In this document: one piece after another, positions 1-11,269 of the stretch
How the letters are laid out: the number at the start of each line of letters is the position of its first letter
How positions within the stretch are numbered: the first letter of the stretch is position 1
NCBI RefSeq assembly: GCF_001194135.2
Contig: NC_068988.1
Location: 46,989,973-47,032,405, forward strand
Length of the DNA: 42,433 bases
Reading direction: 5' to 3'
DNA from: Octopus bimaculoides
Lineage: Eukaryota
Position numbers and translations under genes: made by a program
The notes under the pieces: generated by a model
What the model was told of the DNA's origin: nothing
The model's input: the letters and a program-made list of their open reading frames with translations, nothing else
Database searches by the model: none

Positions 1-293
1 AATGTACGAAGGTCTTGTCTCACCACCTCAGCCCAGGTCTTCCTGGGCCTACATCTTCCACGGGTTCCCTCAACTGTTAGGGTGTGGCACTTTTTCACGC
101 AGCTATCCTCATCCATTCTCACCACATGTCCATACCAGCGCAATCGTCTCTCTTGCACACCACAACTGATGCTTCTAATGTTCAGCTTTTCTCTCAAGAT
201 ACTTACACTCTGACGGGTATTCACATTGACATTACACATCCAACGGAGCATACTGGCTTCATTCCTTGCGAGCTTACGTATGTCCTCAGCAGT
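1..293 (-). mobile_element. 5'-truncated RTE-clade LINE, ORF2 C-terminal region (continues past the window start)
   Basis: My minus-strand translation is open for about 97 codons: TAEDIRKLARNEASMLRWMCNV...QERRLRWYGHVVRMDEDSCVKKCHTLTVEGTRGRCRPRKTWAEVVRQDLRT. It carries the RTE post-RT motifs RLRWxGHVxRM and GRxRPRKTW. The 5' end abuts (TA)n at about 294. Confidence 0.9.
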
Positions 294-439
294 TATATAT
301 ATATGTATATATACCATTACATTAAATAATAGGAAACACACATTGATTGTGTTTTCCAATTCAAATTTAGATATACCACTTTTTTTTTGCTATGGCTAAA
401 TTCTGAATTTGTTCCCTCATTTTATCTATTTGATTTTTA

Positions 440-696
440 TCATCACATCATCATCATCATCATCATTGTTGTCAGCATTGTCGTCATCACCATCATGTCA
501 CCCTATCATCAACTCTTTCTTGTTGCTGCTGTTGTTTTTGTCTTTGTTGTTGCTGTTATTGTTGTTGTTGTTGTTGTTGTTCTTCTTCTTCTTCTTCTTC
601 TTCTTCTTCTTCTTCTCTCCCCATCCTCTGTTCGACCCCCTCTCCTCCTCCCCCACTACTACGACTACTACTACGACTACTACTACGACTACTATG

Positions 697-733
<37 letters not shown>

Positions 734-735
734 TG
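440..735. repeat. Compound trinucleotide microsatellite (CAT)n-(GTT)n-(CTT)n-(CTA/CGA)n
   Basis: Read directly from the sequence; explains the poly-I/V/L/Y/T ORFs at 387-800. Confidence 0.95.
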
Positions 736-989
736 CAGTAATGTAAACTAATAACCGAGCCTTTATGTGGTTTGTTCAACCTACTATAAATAGTAGACAA
801 TTCTCCCTCGAATTACAATTATACCTTCCCATCTTAAAAAAAAAATATAAAGACAAGATGCACTGGACAAAATTGTCCCAAATACTCAATGCGATGGTCA
901 TAGATAGAATGTATTTACTTATAAATCTGCTTTGCCAGTAGTGATCTAGAACCAAACAATAACGACAATGACACAATGGTTAATGGCTT

Positions 990-1235
990 TTATTAGATTT
1001 TTACAGAATATTTGAAGTTTGAGCAGACATTTCATTCAGGTTTAAATTTCATCTAAAATTTTATGATTAGTTTTCCAATTTGTTTATTTCCCAATGGATT
1101 CATCATAGCAAGTACTGCTTGGCACATCTCTAATCCATCTCCTGCCCTATATATTTGTCTAACCACTATGGCTCTTTAATTTCCAAATGAAATCTTTTGG
1201 AATTGATTGGATTATAGTTTCTGTATATGTCACTG
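990..1235 (-). pseudogene. Possible decayed Mutator-like transposase N-terminal fragment
   Basis: Frameshifted minus-strand translation RFHLEI/RAIVVRQIYRAGDGLEMCQAVLAMMNPLGNKQIGKLIIKF resembles the RQIxRxxxGLExxxAxxxMxxPLxxKxxxK pattern I recall for animal Mutator-like transposases; similarity judged by eye only. Confidence 0.3.
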
Positions 1236-1294
1236 AAATTCTCTGATAATGTAACCTCGTAACGTAACCTCTGATAATGTAATCTATCTATTTC

Positions 1295-1460
1295 ACTCAT
1301 GGCAATGTGGTTAAAAAATTTGCTTCAATCTACATGGATTTACTGGTTGATTTTGCTCACTAGTGACACCTTGTTGTAGTGTCTTCTATCATAGACTCAG
1401 ACTGACCAAAGCCTTGTGAGTGAAACTTAAGTTGACTAAAGCCTTGTGAGTGAAATTTGA
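1295..1460 (+). mobile_element. Degenerate 5' half of SINE family A
   Basis: Matches family A motifs caccttg...gtgtcttcta...gaccaaagccttgtgagtg; includes a local 23-bp tandem duplication. Confidence 0.7.
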
Positions 1461-1862
1461 TTTCATTTCTGGATGGTAACCATAATATGTTGCTTTGCTT
1501 AACTCCATCACTTCTAATATAATCATGGACATCCTTACAGGACTCCGTTAGATTGTAAACATTCTAGCCAGATTTCATGTTTGAGGATAATTGTTTCCAT
1601 TCCTCTCACTGCTCATGGAAACTTTGGAAACAGTTATGCTACCTTGTGGTTATGGTATAAATAAAGTTACACATATAAAAGCTCCTTTCTTATATTGAAG
1701 GATTCACTGGTTATAGGGAATCAGTTTTTCCTCAATCAATTATTTTGTATATTATCAGTGTAAAATATATCTTTTTATGAAGTGACTTTTATAAAGTCAC
1801 ACATTTGTTAATGTATAGTAAAAAAGCAGAATGCAGGTAAACTATTAGTGCTTTGTCAGTAA

Positions 1863-2200
1863 ATCATCATCATTTTCATCATTTAATGTCTGCTTTCCAT
1901 GCTGGCATGGGTTGGACTGTTTGACTGGAAGCTCGTAACCCAGGGAGCTGCACCAGATTCCAATCGGATTTGGTATGGTTTCTATGGCAGGATGTCCTTC
2001 CTAATGCCAACCACACCAAGAGTGTAGTGAGTGCTTTTTATATGCCACCGACATGGGTACCATTGATGTGACACTGGCATCAGCTATAACAACAACCTCA
2101 CTTGGTTTGAAAGGTCTTCTCAAGTACGGAATATCACCAAAGTTCTCAGTCACCTGTCACTGCTTCCATGAAGCCCAACCCTTGAAGGGTGCTTTTTAAG
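1863..2200 (-). mobile_element. RTE LINE 3' remnant (ORF2 end, 3' UTR and (GAT)n tail)
   Basis: Minus strand reads LGFMEAVTGD*ELW*YSVLEKTFQTK*, followed by a UTR ending ...cccatgccagcatggaaagcagacattaaatgatg; same UTR as 12060-12437. Confidence 0.8.
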
Positions 2201-2356
2201 AAATGCTTGTCAGAAGTGGGATAAAATGTGTATTTATTGGTGAAGTATAAAGTTTCTTTGGTTTTTATGTATGTAGGATGGGAGGTTTTGATATTTTGAA
2301 CTGAGTATTTCTTTGGGGAGAAGGAAAATAATTTTTCTTTGTCTTTAGTCATTAAA

Positions 2357-2612
2357 TGGAGTCACATGGTTTAGTGGTTAGGGTGATGAACTCATGATTG
2401 TAAGATTATGGTCTTGATTCCTAGATTGGGTGGGGTGGCATGCTGTGTTCTTTAGCAAAACACTTCATTTCATGTTGCTTCAGTTGACTCAGCTGGCAAA
2501 AATGAGTAATTCTGTGAAGGACTGATGTCTCATCCAGGGGAAAATATATGAGCCACAGAAACTGGGAAACTGGGACTATGAGTTTATTTGACTCAGGAAA
2601 AATCTTTTAACC
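2357..2612 (+). mobile_element. tRNA-derived SINE family C (CORE/V-SINE-like body)
   Basis: A-box-like TGGTTTAGTGG, degenerate B box, body cacttcatttcatgttgcttcagttgactcagctggcaaaaatgag; an inverted partial copy lies at about 36100-36210. Confidence 0.7.
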
Positions 2613-3504
2613 ATTATAATTTTTTTTAGTCAATAAGTACATGAGAAAATTAAAGACTGACTGAAAATAGTAAAAGAACTTGCTACTGGAAATGATTGAG
2701 ATAGAATTGGTTTGACAAAGAAAGGAAGAGGATTTGGGAAAAAAAAAAACAAGTTAGTGGGAGGAGAAAGAATAATAACGTACATGAGTAGAGGTGATTA
2801 GAATGGGAAGAAAAATAGATTGTTCGTCAGTTTAAGTTACAAAATGGGTGACCAGGTGAGGAAAAAGAAAACAACTTTTGAATAATTATTACCATATTCA
2901 TGAATTCATGAATGTAAACATTACACAAATATGAACCGATGACGTGAGCCTGCTGGCTAGCAAAACATAAAACACATGCATGCACACATACACACCTGCA
3001 CACATGCACACGCACACACACACACACACACAGGTATAAACATAGACAAATAAGAGATACACATGCATGTAGTGTCATACATACATAAGAATAAAGGAAA
3101 TTAAGCTTTTAGCTTACACACACCTATATGCACAACACACAGAGTTACATGATTTTCAAGTACACAATAATTTGTCTATACATTTGGCATGTGCACATGA
3201 TGATATAAAGGCTTCTTCAAGGTGCATACACGACCCCTCTACAATCTGACCATAGTATCTGTTATACAACCAGGAGAAAGGCTCCACAACCATATACATA
3301 TCCGTCCATTCTTCTGCCACTCAACTTATTATAATACCATAGTATATTTTCACCATTTACTTGCTCCTAGAAAGCTACAAACCCAAGAACCTCACCAACC
3401 ATTCTATCATTTCTACCTAAAACTATCCTGAAACAATCCTCTGACCCATCAGATGTTATCAAACCATCCAGCCCATGCCGGAATATGAAGATAGGTGTTA
3501 AAAA

Positions 3505-3509
3505 TGATG

Positions 3510-3541
<32 letters not shown>

Positions 3542-4460
3542 GGGAAGGAGGAGGAGGAGACTGCATTTCAACAAACTGCTGGGGGAGGTGGTGGTGGTGG
3601 TAGTGGTGGTGGTGATAGGGATGAGGACAATGACAATGACAATGAAGACAATTATCATGATGATGATGACAATTATGATGATGATGACCATGATGGTGGT
3701 GGTGGTGGTTGATAGGGGTGAGGACAATGACAATGATGATGACAATGACAGCCATGACAATGATAATGATGATGATGATTATGATGATGATTATGATGAT
3801 GATGATGAACGTGATGGTAATGGTGGTGGTGGTGATGATGATGAAGAGGTATAGTTGTACTGATGCTGCTTAAAGAATATGAGTGGGTTGGTAAAGATGA
3901 TGTTGATAAGACTAGTCATGTAGGTGGCAACATTGTATGTAGTACCGGTGGTGAGGATGGTGATGGTGGAGGTGGAGACAGCTTGTGGTGGTCATGGCGG
4001 TAGAGTTGGTCAAGGTGTTGTACATGTTACAGTGTTGATGGTTGTGGTGGTAATGATGATGGTGGTGGTGGTGGTGCCATAAGTAAAGACGGTTGGAGTG
4101 ATGTTGGTGGTGAGGAAAATATTGCTGATGTTGTCAACATTGTTTTTGGTATTGTTGGCACTAGCATAGCCGGAGTGTGTGCCACTCAGGGCAGCCCTTC
4201 TGTTTTCCATGCCCAGGCCCCAGGAAAAAAATACATATTTCCTACAGCAGACCCAAAAGTGGTGTCACCTTCATAAAAGTGCTGTCCAGGGTGGACCACT
4301 TCTCTGCCTCTCCCCCTCTAGCTATGCTAGTGCGTGTTGGTAGAGGTGGTGTTCTAAGTGTTGCTGTGTTGTTAGTTGTTGTGATGGTGGTGGTAATGTG
4401 AGGACGGTGGTTGTTATGATAGTGATACCGTCGGCGACAGTGATGTAAATAAAGATGTAT
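3505..4460. repeat. Long degenerate (GAT)/(GGT)/(GAC) low-complexity tract grown from an RTE-type tail at about 3460-3505
   Basis: Read directly; preceded by the RTE-type terminal motif aaaccatccagcccatgcc...gttaaaaatgatgatg. Confidence 0.9.
4159..4332. mobile_element. 174-bp MITE, probably hAT superfamily
   Basis: Perfect 12-bp TIRs CACTAGCATAGC (4159-4170) / GCTATGCTAGTG (4321-4332) with CA...TG ends; flanks ATTGTTGG (4151-4158) and CGTGTTGG (4333-4340) match 6/8, consistent with an 8-bp TSD. Confidence 0.75.
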
Positions 4461-4679
4461 TGGTAGAGGCAGGAATAATAAGAGACAGTCAGGACCAATT
4501 TTGCTTGACGAGCATGATGATGATTATGAAAAAATAAAATAGCGATAGTAATGCTGCTGCTGCTGATGTTGATGACAATGATGACGAGACAATGGCAATG
4601 ATGATGATGACTTTGATGATCATGATGCTGACATCAACAGTACTGGTGTCAGTGTTAAAATTGGTGGCGCTGGTGCTGG

Positions 4680-4862
4680 TAATAATAATGCTGCAGCTGG
4701 TGCTGCTGATGATGATGATGATGAAGACTATTATTATTTATTGTTATTATTATTATTATTATTATTAATATTGTTGTTGTTATTATTATTATTGTCATTA
4801 TTATTATTATTAATATTGTTATTATTATCATCATCATCATTATTATTGTCATTATTATTATG

Positions 4863-4915
<53 letters not shown>

Positions 4916-4960
4916 TATTAATATTATTGTCAGTGATGGTGATAATGATAAAATTGTGAC
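4680..4960. repeat. (ATT)n/(GAT)n microsatellite
   Basis: Read directly from the sequence. Confidence 0.95.
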
Positions 4961-5269
4961 AATAAGATGTCTGTGTTAGCAGTGTCACTGATATTTGTGA
5001 TGATAATGACAGAATAATTAATTCATAGAGAAATACGCAATATATTTTTTAGATACTTTGAAATAATATGATGTAGCTTTCTTTTCAACAGATTTAAAAT
5101 TAATATCTTTAAAAAAAAAAAATAATAACATAGTTACACAACTGGTTATATTTTCCTCTGGGATCAAGGTGATTACTATCTAATCTTCTAATCTTGTTAG
5201 ACCTTCATTAGAGAAAGAATACCCATCTTCCTTAAGGGAAAAAAATTAGTTTCTTATTATTATTTATAG

Positions 5270-5373
5270 CTGGAGTACAGGCTGACAATTCTTGCTAGTT
5301 GGAGCACCATATAGAAGAGGCATGGCAACCATTTCTCAAGAAGTGGGCAACATGAGATATGGTTCGTCATCAG
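5270..5373 (+). other. Candidate spliced exon, possibly 5' UTR plus start codon (MATISQEVGNMRYGSSS, phase-1 donor)
   Basis: T-rich acceptor ttcttattattatttatag|C, strong donor CAG|gtgagc at 5373/5374, ATG at 5322 in good context (ggcATGG), unique sequence of higher GC. All three frames are closed upstream of the ATG. No downstream partner exon identified. Confidence 0.3.
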
Positions 5374-5395
5374 GTGAGCCAATCTACTAAACAAT

Positions 5396-5608
5396 TTAAA
5401 CCTTTAGCATTCAGATTATTTTGTTTAATATAATGCTTATTTATTCACATCGTTATCATCTCATAGTTTCAAGATTTTTATCATGGTTTTGTTTATTTTT
5501 AGAATGATGTGGTAGGATAAGTGTGAGAGGCTGGATCTAGCAAATTTGAACATAAAGCAAGTAGATTATTTGAGCCTGATATGGTTAGTTTGAATGTTAA
5601 AGGGTTAA
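5396..5608. mobile_element. About 210-bp MITE with TTAA ends (piggyBac-like)
   Basis: Ends ttaaacctttagcattc ... gaatgttaaagggttaa are inverted repeats bounded by TTAA; homologous to 30100-30314 and 13190-13348. Confidence 0.7.
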
Positions 5609-7149
5609 GATAAATTTTTTAGGTGTGCCATTCAGAAAGTCCTTCAGACTACATTTTGCCATTGACTGATATAGTATCCCCCATGCTAGTAATAATTTTT
5701 TATTTTTTGTTTTCATGAGGGTAATGTTGCTCTTATTGTTGTTACTTAGACATGGACCAGTTGTTATTGAGTAAATCTACATTCAAAGGTGTTACATATG
5801 TGGCTACCACAATATTTCTGCAGGCATAATGTGGTGAAAACTCAATATGTTTATTTCATGTTTTCTTTCATTTTTAAGATATTATGGTGTAATTTTGGGG
5901 AAAATTTGACTGATATCTTTAGCAAATTAAGCGAGCAATAATGTAATGGTTCCTTCATTGTTTGAAGACTCCAGAGTTTATGACACACTCAAGTACAATG
6001 TCATCAATGATGGAATCTCTCTAGATGGCTCGTGCTGTTTGAAATAATAGGTAAATCTCAATTACATCACAAAGCACCATCTTAAAATCAATTAAGTGAA
6101 AGAATATACTTCTCTTATAAAACTAGGAGACAGGTTCCTTTCCTTTTCCTTGATGAAGATTTAAGAAAATTAAAACTAACTGGATGGATCCTGTTTTGTC
6201 TGGAGAGATAAAACATATGATGTAACCCTTTCATTTACTTTTCAGTGGCACAAAAATTGTTTGTTTATTTAAATAGGTATACATTAAATTTCAGATAATG
6301 CAAGAATTCAAGATGTTGATAGAATTGTTATTCATGTTCTTGTTGATGATGCTGATGATGAATATTGTTGATAAAGATGATTATGATTGACATTAAGATG
6401 TTGATAGTGTTATGGTTATTATCAATGATATAAAACTCTTTGCAGACACTCTTTTCATTTATATATCTTTTTTTAACTTTCCAATTCTACTTTCACTTTC
6501 AATTTTCACTTTCTTTGATTTCACTTTCAAAATTCTTTTTCATAGTAGTTTTACATTTTCTTTCATTTTTTATTACTTTCATTATTATTATTATCATGTT
6601 TTTGTCTTCTTTTGCTTTTTTTTGTCAGGTTTTGATAGAGACTAACTTAATAACTTAAGATTTAACTTGAAATACCACATTTTGTTACAAATTTATGTCC
6701 TCAGGTACGAGTTTATGTAAAGATTGTTGATATAAAGAATCAGCAAAGGTCCTTTAGTACAATTTCACTATGTTTCTCATTTCTTTACAGTAACAAACCA
6801 TGTGGTTATCACAATGTTGAAACACATTTACCTTTTTTTCTCTCTCTATGTGCTATATCTTTATCTGTTATTAGCTGTTCAGTCTCTTGTTTATACTTAT
6901 CTTCTAAGTAATTTGATAAAAATATCATGGTTTGACCCAGGATTTAGTGGGTGAAGTAGAGGAATAGATGTGTTTACTACCCTTGCTTAAGACCAACTGT
7001 TGATAGGTGATGCACAGGTGGAAAAAGATGGAGAAGGGGACATGCAGCTGTAGAAGATTTAGAATTAGAACTGAAACTTATACCATATTATATAACGCAA
7101 AAGATGTATGATAGATCATAGAATTAGTGAAAGATATTCTTATTCACAT

Positions 7150-7320
7150 GCAGACGTATCTGTGTGGTAAGAAGCTTGCTTCCCAAACACACGGTTCTGG
7201 GTTCAGTCCCACTGTGTTGCACCTTGGGTGTATGTCTCCTACTATAGCTTCAAGCAGATCAAATCCTTGTGAGAAACTGAAAGGAGCCTGTTGTGTGTGT
7301 GTATATATATATATATATAT
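7150..7320 (+). mobile_element. SINE family A, 5' half (interrupted)
   Basis: tRNA-like head ...gtgtggtaagaagcttgc...ggttcagtcccactg..., ending in (TG)n(TA)n. Confidence 0.85.
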
Positions 7321-7324
7321 AATA

Positions 7325-7880
7325 ATAATATTAGGGACAAAATCCAAAATTACAGGTAAAAAACTCAATTAAAATCAATTTATAAAAAATTAAAATCAAA
7401 TTGAGCCTTATAGATAAAGTATATATAAAATATATAGTTTTAGGGAAAATAAACAATTTTCAAGAACTCATCGATGAAAATCCACTATCACATATAGAAA
7501 AATTAATAATTAAAAGCACAATAAATGAGTATAATATAAAGTAAAGTAAATATCATAAGATAAATATAATATTTATCTTATTATATTTACTTTATATATA
7601 TATACAGTTGAAATTTATAGAAAAACAAAAAATGGAAACAGGTGTATGAACAACAAGCAAGTGTATTAGTTTGATGCTTTGGAAAAAGGAAACGGTCATT
7701 TACATTTTGACCCTATGCTTTTCAACAGTAGGTAATAAGAGAAAGTAAACAGATAGATAAGGAAAAAATGTGTAGAGTTCAGTGGTCCAATATGGTGACT
7801 GATTGGAAAAAAGGAGGTTGAAAGAAAGGGAGATAATAATAAAAAAAAGGTGGTTTATTGAAAGGGAAATAATAACAGTG
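7325..7880 (-). mobile_element. Penelope-like element remnant(s) inserted in the SINE's internal microsatellite
   Basis: 7608-7760 is the reverse complement of the repeat at 19812-19980 and 31118-31218, and includes a decayed hammerhead-like motif; it lies between the two SINE halves. Assignment of 7325-7600 to the same class is from memory only. Confidence 0.5.
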
Positions 7881-7889
7881 CTTATATAT

Positions 7890-8120
7890 TTGTATGTATG
7901 TATATATCTATGTGTGTGTGTCTTTAGGTCTTCATGAGTCCACTGCTTGACAACCAGTGTGTTTACATCCTCATGACTTAGTGATTCAGACAAAAGGGAA
8001 TGATAGAATAAGTACCAGTCTTTAAAAATATAAATCCTGAGATTTATTTGCTTCAAATAGAACACTTCAAGATGGTGCTCCAGTTTGGCCACAGTCAAAT
8101 GACTGAAACAAGTAAAAGAT
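7890..8120 (+). mobile_element. SINE family A, 3' half
   Basis: gcttgacaacc...gatagaataagtacc...ggccacagtcaaatgactgaaacaagtaaaagataaaaga tail. Confidence 0.85.
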
Positions 8121-9260
8121 AAAAGATTCCTGCTTGCAATTTCATGTTGTAGATTGCCGAAGCAGTGAATTAGTGGACATCATGCTCAAATTCTAATCAA
8201 TCTCCATTTAATTTTAAGATACAATAATAAGTTTGTTGAGAACAATTTTTCTTAGTGGTCAGACTATATGGGGTCTACCTTTAGCATATTAGGAATCCAC
8301 CTAGCGGTCATTCCTCTTATATGTATATAATATGATTTTTCTGACTCATCAGATTTTTTTTAAATATGCTAGGCTACTGGTTTAAATTGATATTAATTTA
8401 ATTAATATTAATTTTTACCCTCATTATTTAAATTTATATATATGTGTGTGTGTGTGTGTATGTATGCATATATATATGTATGTGTGTATGTACGTACATA
8501 TGTATGTATGCATGTATGTATATATGTATGTGTGCTTGTGTGCATGTGTGTGTATCTGTGTGCACATCATTATCCACATTATTTCCAATTTCTTAAATAC
8601 ATGTCATAACACAATAAGAATTCAATGGGAAGCATTCAACCAAAGCAAACCTACAGGACATATTCTATCACTTCCCTGTTTTTTTTGTTTTTTTTATACC
8701 ATCACTTTTTGGATGAGGAGTAATGAAGAGTTTAACTCCAATTATTTTAATTATTTCTAACAACTTTTGTGTTGGGGTTTTATCAATGTAACATTCAGAA
8801 AAGACAGCAATGGAAACCATTTGTGAAGCACTTGTTGAAAGTGCTTTGTTGACTCAATAGGATTTTCTCTATGCATCTTATTAATGATTCCTTGACAGTA
8901 CTGATCCTATTAACTTCATATAAAAGTCATTCAGTTGTGTTGCTTATGAAAAGGTTTAATTTCTTTAAAATATTTGATAAACAGCATTATGGCCCAAAAT
9001 ATAATGATATTATAAAGAAAGCTTTTGCTTTTTGTTGTCTTCAATTTTTTACAGGTCTATAATGCAACTGTGGTACTCTCATTATTGCAATGATACAATT
9101 GAGCAAAATCTCACTTCATATTCAATATTATGAATCCTATGACAAAATAAGAAGAGAAATACCTTTGAAGATACATGTATTTATGCATACATAAATAGTA
9201 CATGTAAAAGTACTGCTGAACAATTGAAATAATAATGGTTTCTAATACAGACAGAAAATA

Positions 9261-9478
9261 AGGCAGTGAGCTGGCGGAATCATTAGCATGCTTGGCAAAA
9301 TGCTTAGTGCATTTCATCCATCTTAATGTTCTGAGTTCAATTTCCACCAAGGTTGACTTTGCCTTTTATCAATTCAGGGTCGATTAAATAAGCATCAGTT
9401 GAACACTGGGGTTGATGTAATTGACTTATCCCCATCCCCTGAATTTGTTGCCCTTTGGGCAAATTTTGAAACTAATTT
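9261..9478 (+). mobile_element. tRNA-derived SINE family B
   Basis: Head ggcagtgagctggcggaatc, B box gagttcaatttcc, central block ggttgactttgccttttatc...gggtcgattaaataagcatcag. Confidence 0.85.
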
Positions 9479-10539
9479 AGACAAAAGACCACAAAAGTTT
9501 TACAATTGATTTAATCCACTATAACCCTCCTGAGATACTTTATTTTTGCAGCCCTGTTAGGATGAATTGCAAAACCTATATTTGAAAGAATTGAAATTAG
9601 ACTGTACAAGCACATTCATGAATATCACAAGACATTTGCTGTTCATTCTATCAAAATCTTCTTTTAGCTAACATCCGAAATGCATGAAACTAAAAACTAA
9701 TCCCTGTGCTCACGTGTATTTGTTCTATTTGAATATATTGCTTTAAAAAGTTACAAACAAGCTTCAGTTTATTCGTCAGCATTGATTCACACAGAATTGT
9801 TGTTTCTAAGCAATACAAAAGATGGTACAAATTGAATTTCATAAAATATGTGTGATATGGAGCACTGTTGGTGTATATAGGGGCACAAATGGACACTCAC
9901 CTCAATCTGCTCTTCATGGCCCTTACATCCTTCCCACTGGAGCTATCTATCCCACCACTTCAGACGTCAAACCCTTTTCTCCATTAATACTGTCCTCTAC
10001 ACATATGTGTCACATTGACCTATGTCTCTCTGTGTCTCTCTGCTGGATCATGAAATGCTATCCTCATGCATTAGTCACTCACTCTCCCCGTCTCCTAGAG
10101 GCTATTCAAGCACATCAACTCTCTCGGGTCCCCCACCCCATGTCAAGTGCACTGTCAATAATTACTCTGTTACTAATTTCTTCCTGTATCCCAACACCTC
10201 CCCAATTCGGGCACTATTGGCAATCCCCAATTTCTTCATCCACCCTTCTATGTCACCCAATCTGTAAGAAATTGCTGCCTCACCCATTCCCTCTACTTCT
10301 TCTCCCCCATATACTCTTACAAACTCCCACCAACTCCCAATTTCTCTGTCCCCCATTGACTTTTACCCTTCTCGTGCCCTGAGGTGCCACCTGGACAACT
10401 CATCACCCCTATATGTCTCTTTGCTGATGTTACTGATTTATCTCTAACTCCCTCCTAAATGTGAGTACCCATGAAACTCCCTTACAAGTATAAGTTACCC
10501 CGTCCCACCCCACTTCTTTCCTACCTTAACCCTTATCTG

Positions 10540-10790
10540 CTGGAACATCTGTGTGGCAACCTCATTAATGCTAGTGAGATGGGACTCACTGTAAAGTAAT
10601 TGGCATTAGAAAGGGCATCAAGCCATAGAAACCATGCAAATGCAGACACTAGAGTACAATATGGTCTCTGGACACATCAGTTCCTGTCAAACTATTCAAC
10701 TCATGCTAGCATAGTACTTGGACTTTAGCTGATGATGATAGTGATGATGATGATGATGATGACGACGACGACCACGATGATGATGATGAT
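10540..10790 (+). mobile_element. RTE-type 3' UTR/tail fragment with (GAT)n
   Basis: ggcattagaaagggcatcaagccatagaaaccatg...caactcatgctagcat followed by (GAT/GAC)n; the C-rich 9880-10540 segment upstream may belong to the same element. Confidence 0.7.
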
Positions 10791-10794
10791 GATG

Positions 10795-11006
10795 TATGTC
10801 TGTGTGTGTGTGTCCGCTTGACAAATGATGCCGGTGTGTTTACATCCTTGTAACTTAGTGATTCGGCAAAAGAAGCTGATAGAATATGTACTAAGCTTCC
10901 AGAGAATAAGTCCTGGGGTCGAGTTGCTCACCTAAAGGTGGTGCTCCATCATGGCCACAGTCAAATGACTGAAACAAGTAAAAGAGTAAAGAGTAAAGAG
11001 TAAAGA

Positions 11007-11008
<2 letters not shown>
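10795..11008 (+). mobile_element. SINE family A, 3' half with (AGAGTAA)n tail
   Basis: Close match to the 3' halves at 28170-28358 and 41253-41460. Confidence 0.85.
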
Positions 11009-11060
<52 letters not shown>

Positions 11061-11220
11061 ATAATTCATTTCACATTAGTATTACATGGATATTTTTGGG
11101 GTCAATTTCTTAATATGCATGCATATAGTTACAACAATCTCTCTCACTATAATACATACATACATATACACTTATATACACATACATGTGTACACCTGAG
11201 TGTGGGAAAATATATATGTG

Positions 11221-11269
<49 letters not shown>

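Noticed and set aside
387-800. ORFs with poly-I/V/L/Y/T/K/N runs (similar ones at 3449-3854, 4655-4988, 13722-13928, 16254-16951, 17463-17915, 23363-23753)
   Set aside because: Translations of trinucleotide microsatellites, open in several frames on both strands, with no domain content.
1403-1455. 23-bp tandem duplication inside a degenerate SINE
   Set aside because: Ordinary local slippage or duplication within a dead repeat.
6680-6760. Acceptor-like site at 6704 followed by VRVYVKIVDIKNQQR (faintly cadherin-like)
   Set aside because: Lacks the DxNDNxP motif, has no good donor, and the frame compatible with the 5373 phase-1 donor stops after 8 codons.
9822-10382. 186-aa ORF, the longest gap-free ORF
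   Set aside because: Lies in a C/T-rich repeat-like segment leading into an RTE-type tail; P/L/S-biased with no recognisable motif. A faint resemblance to a GIY-YIG end in another frame was too weak to call.
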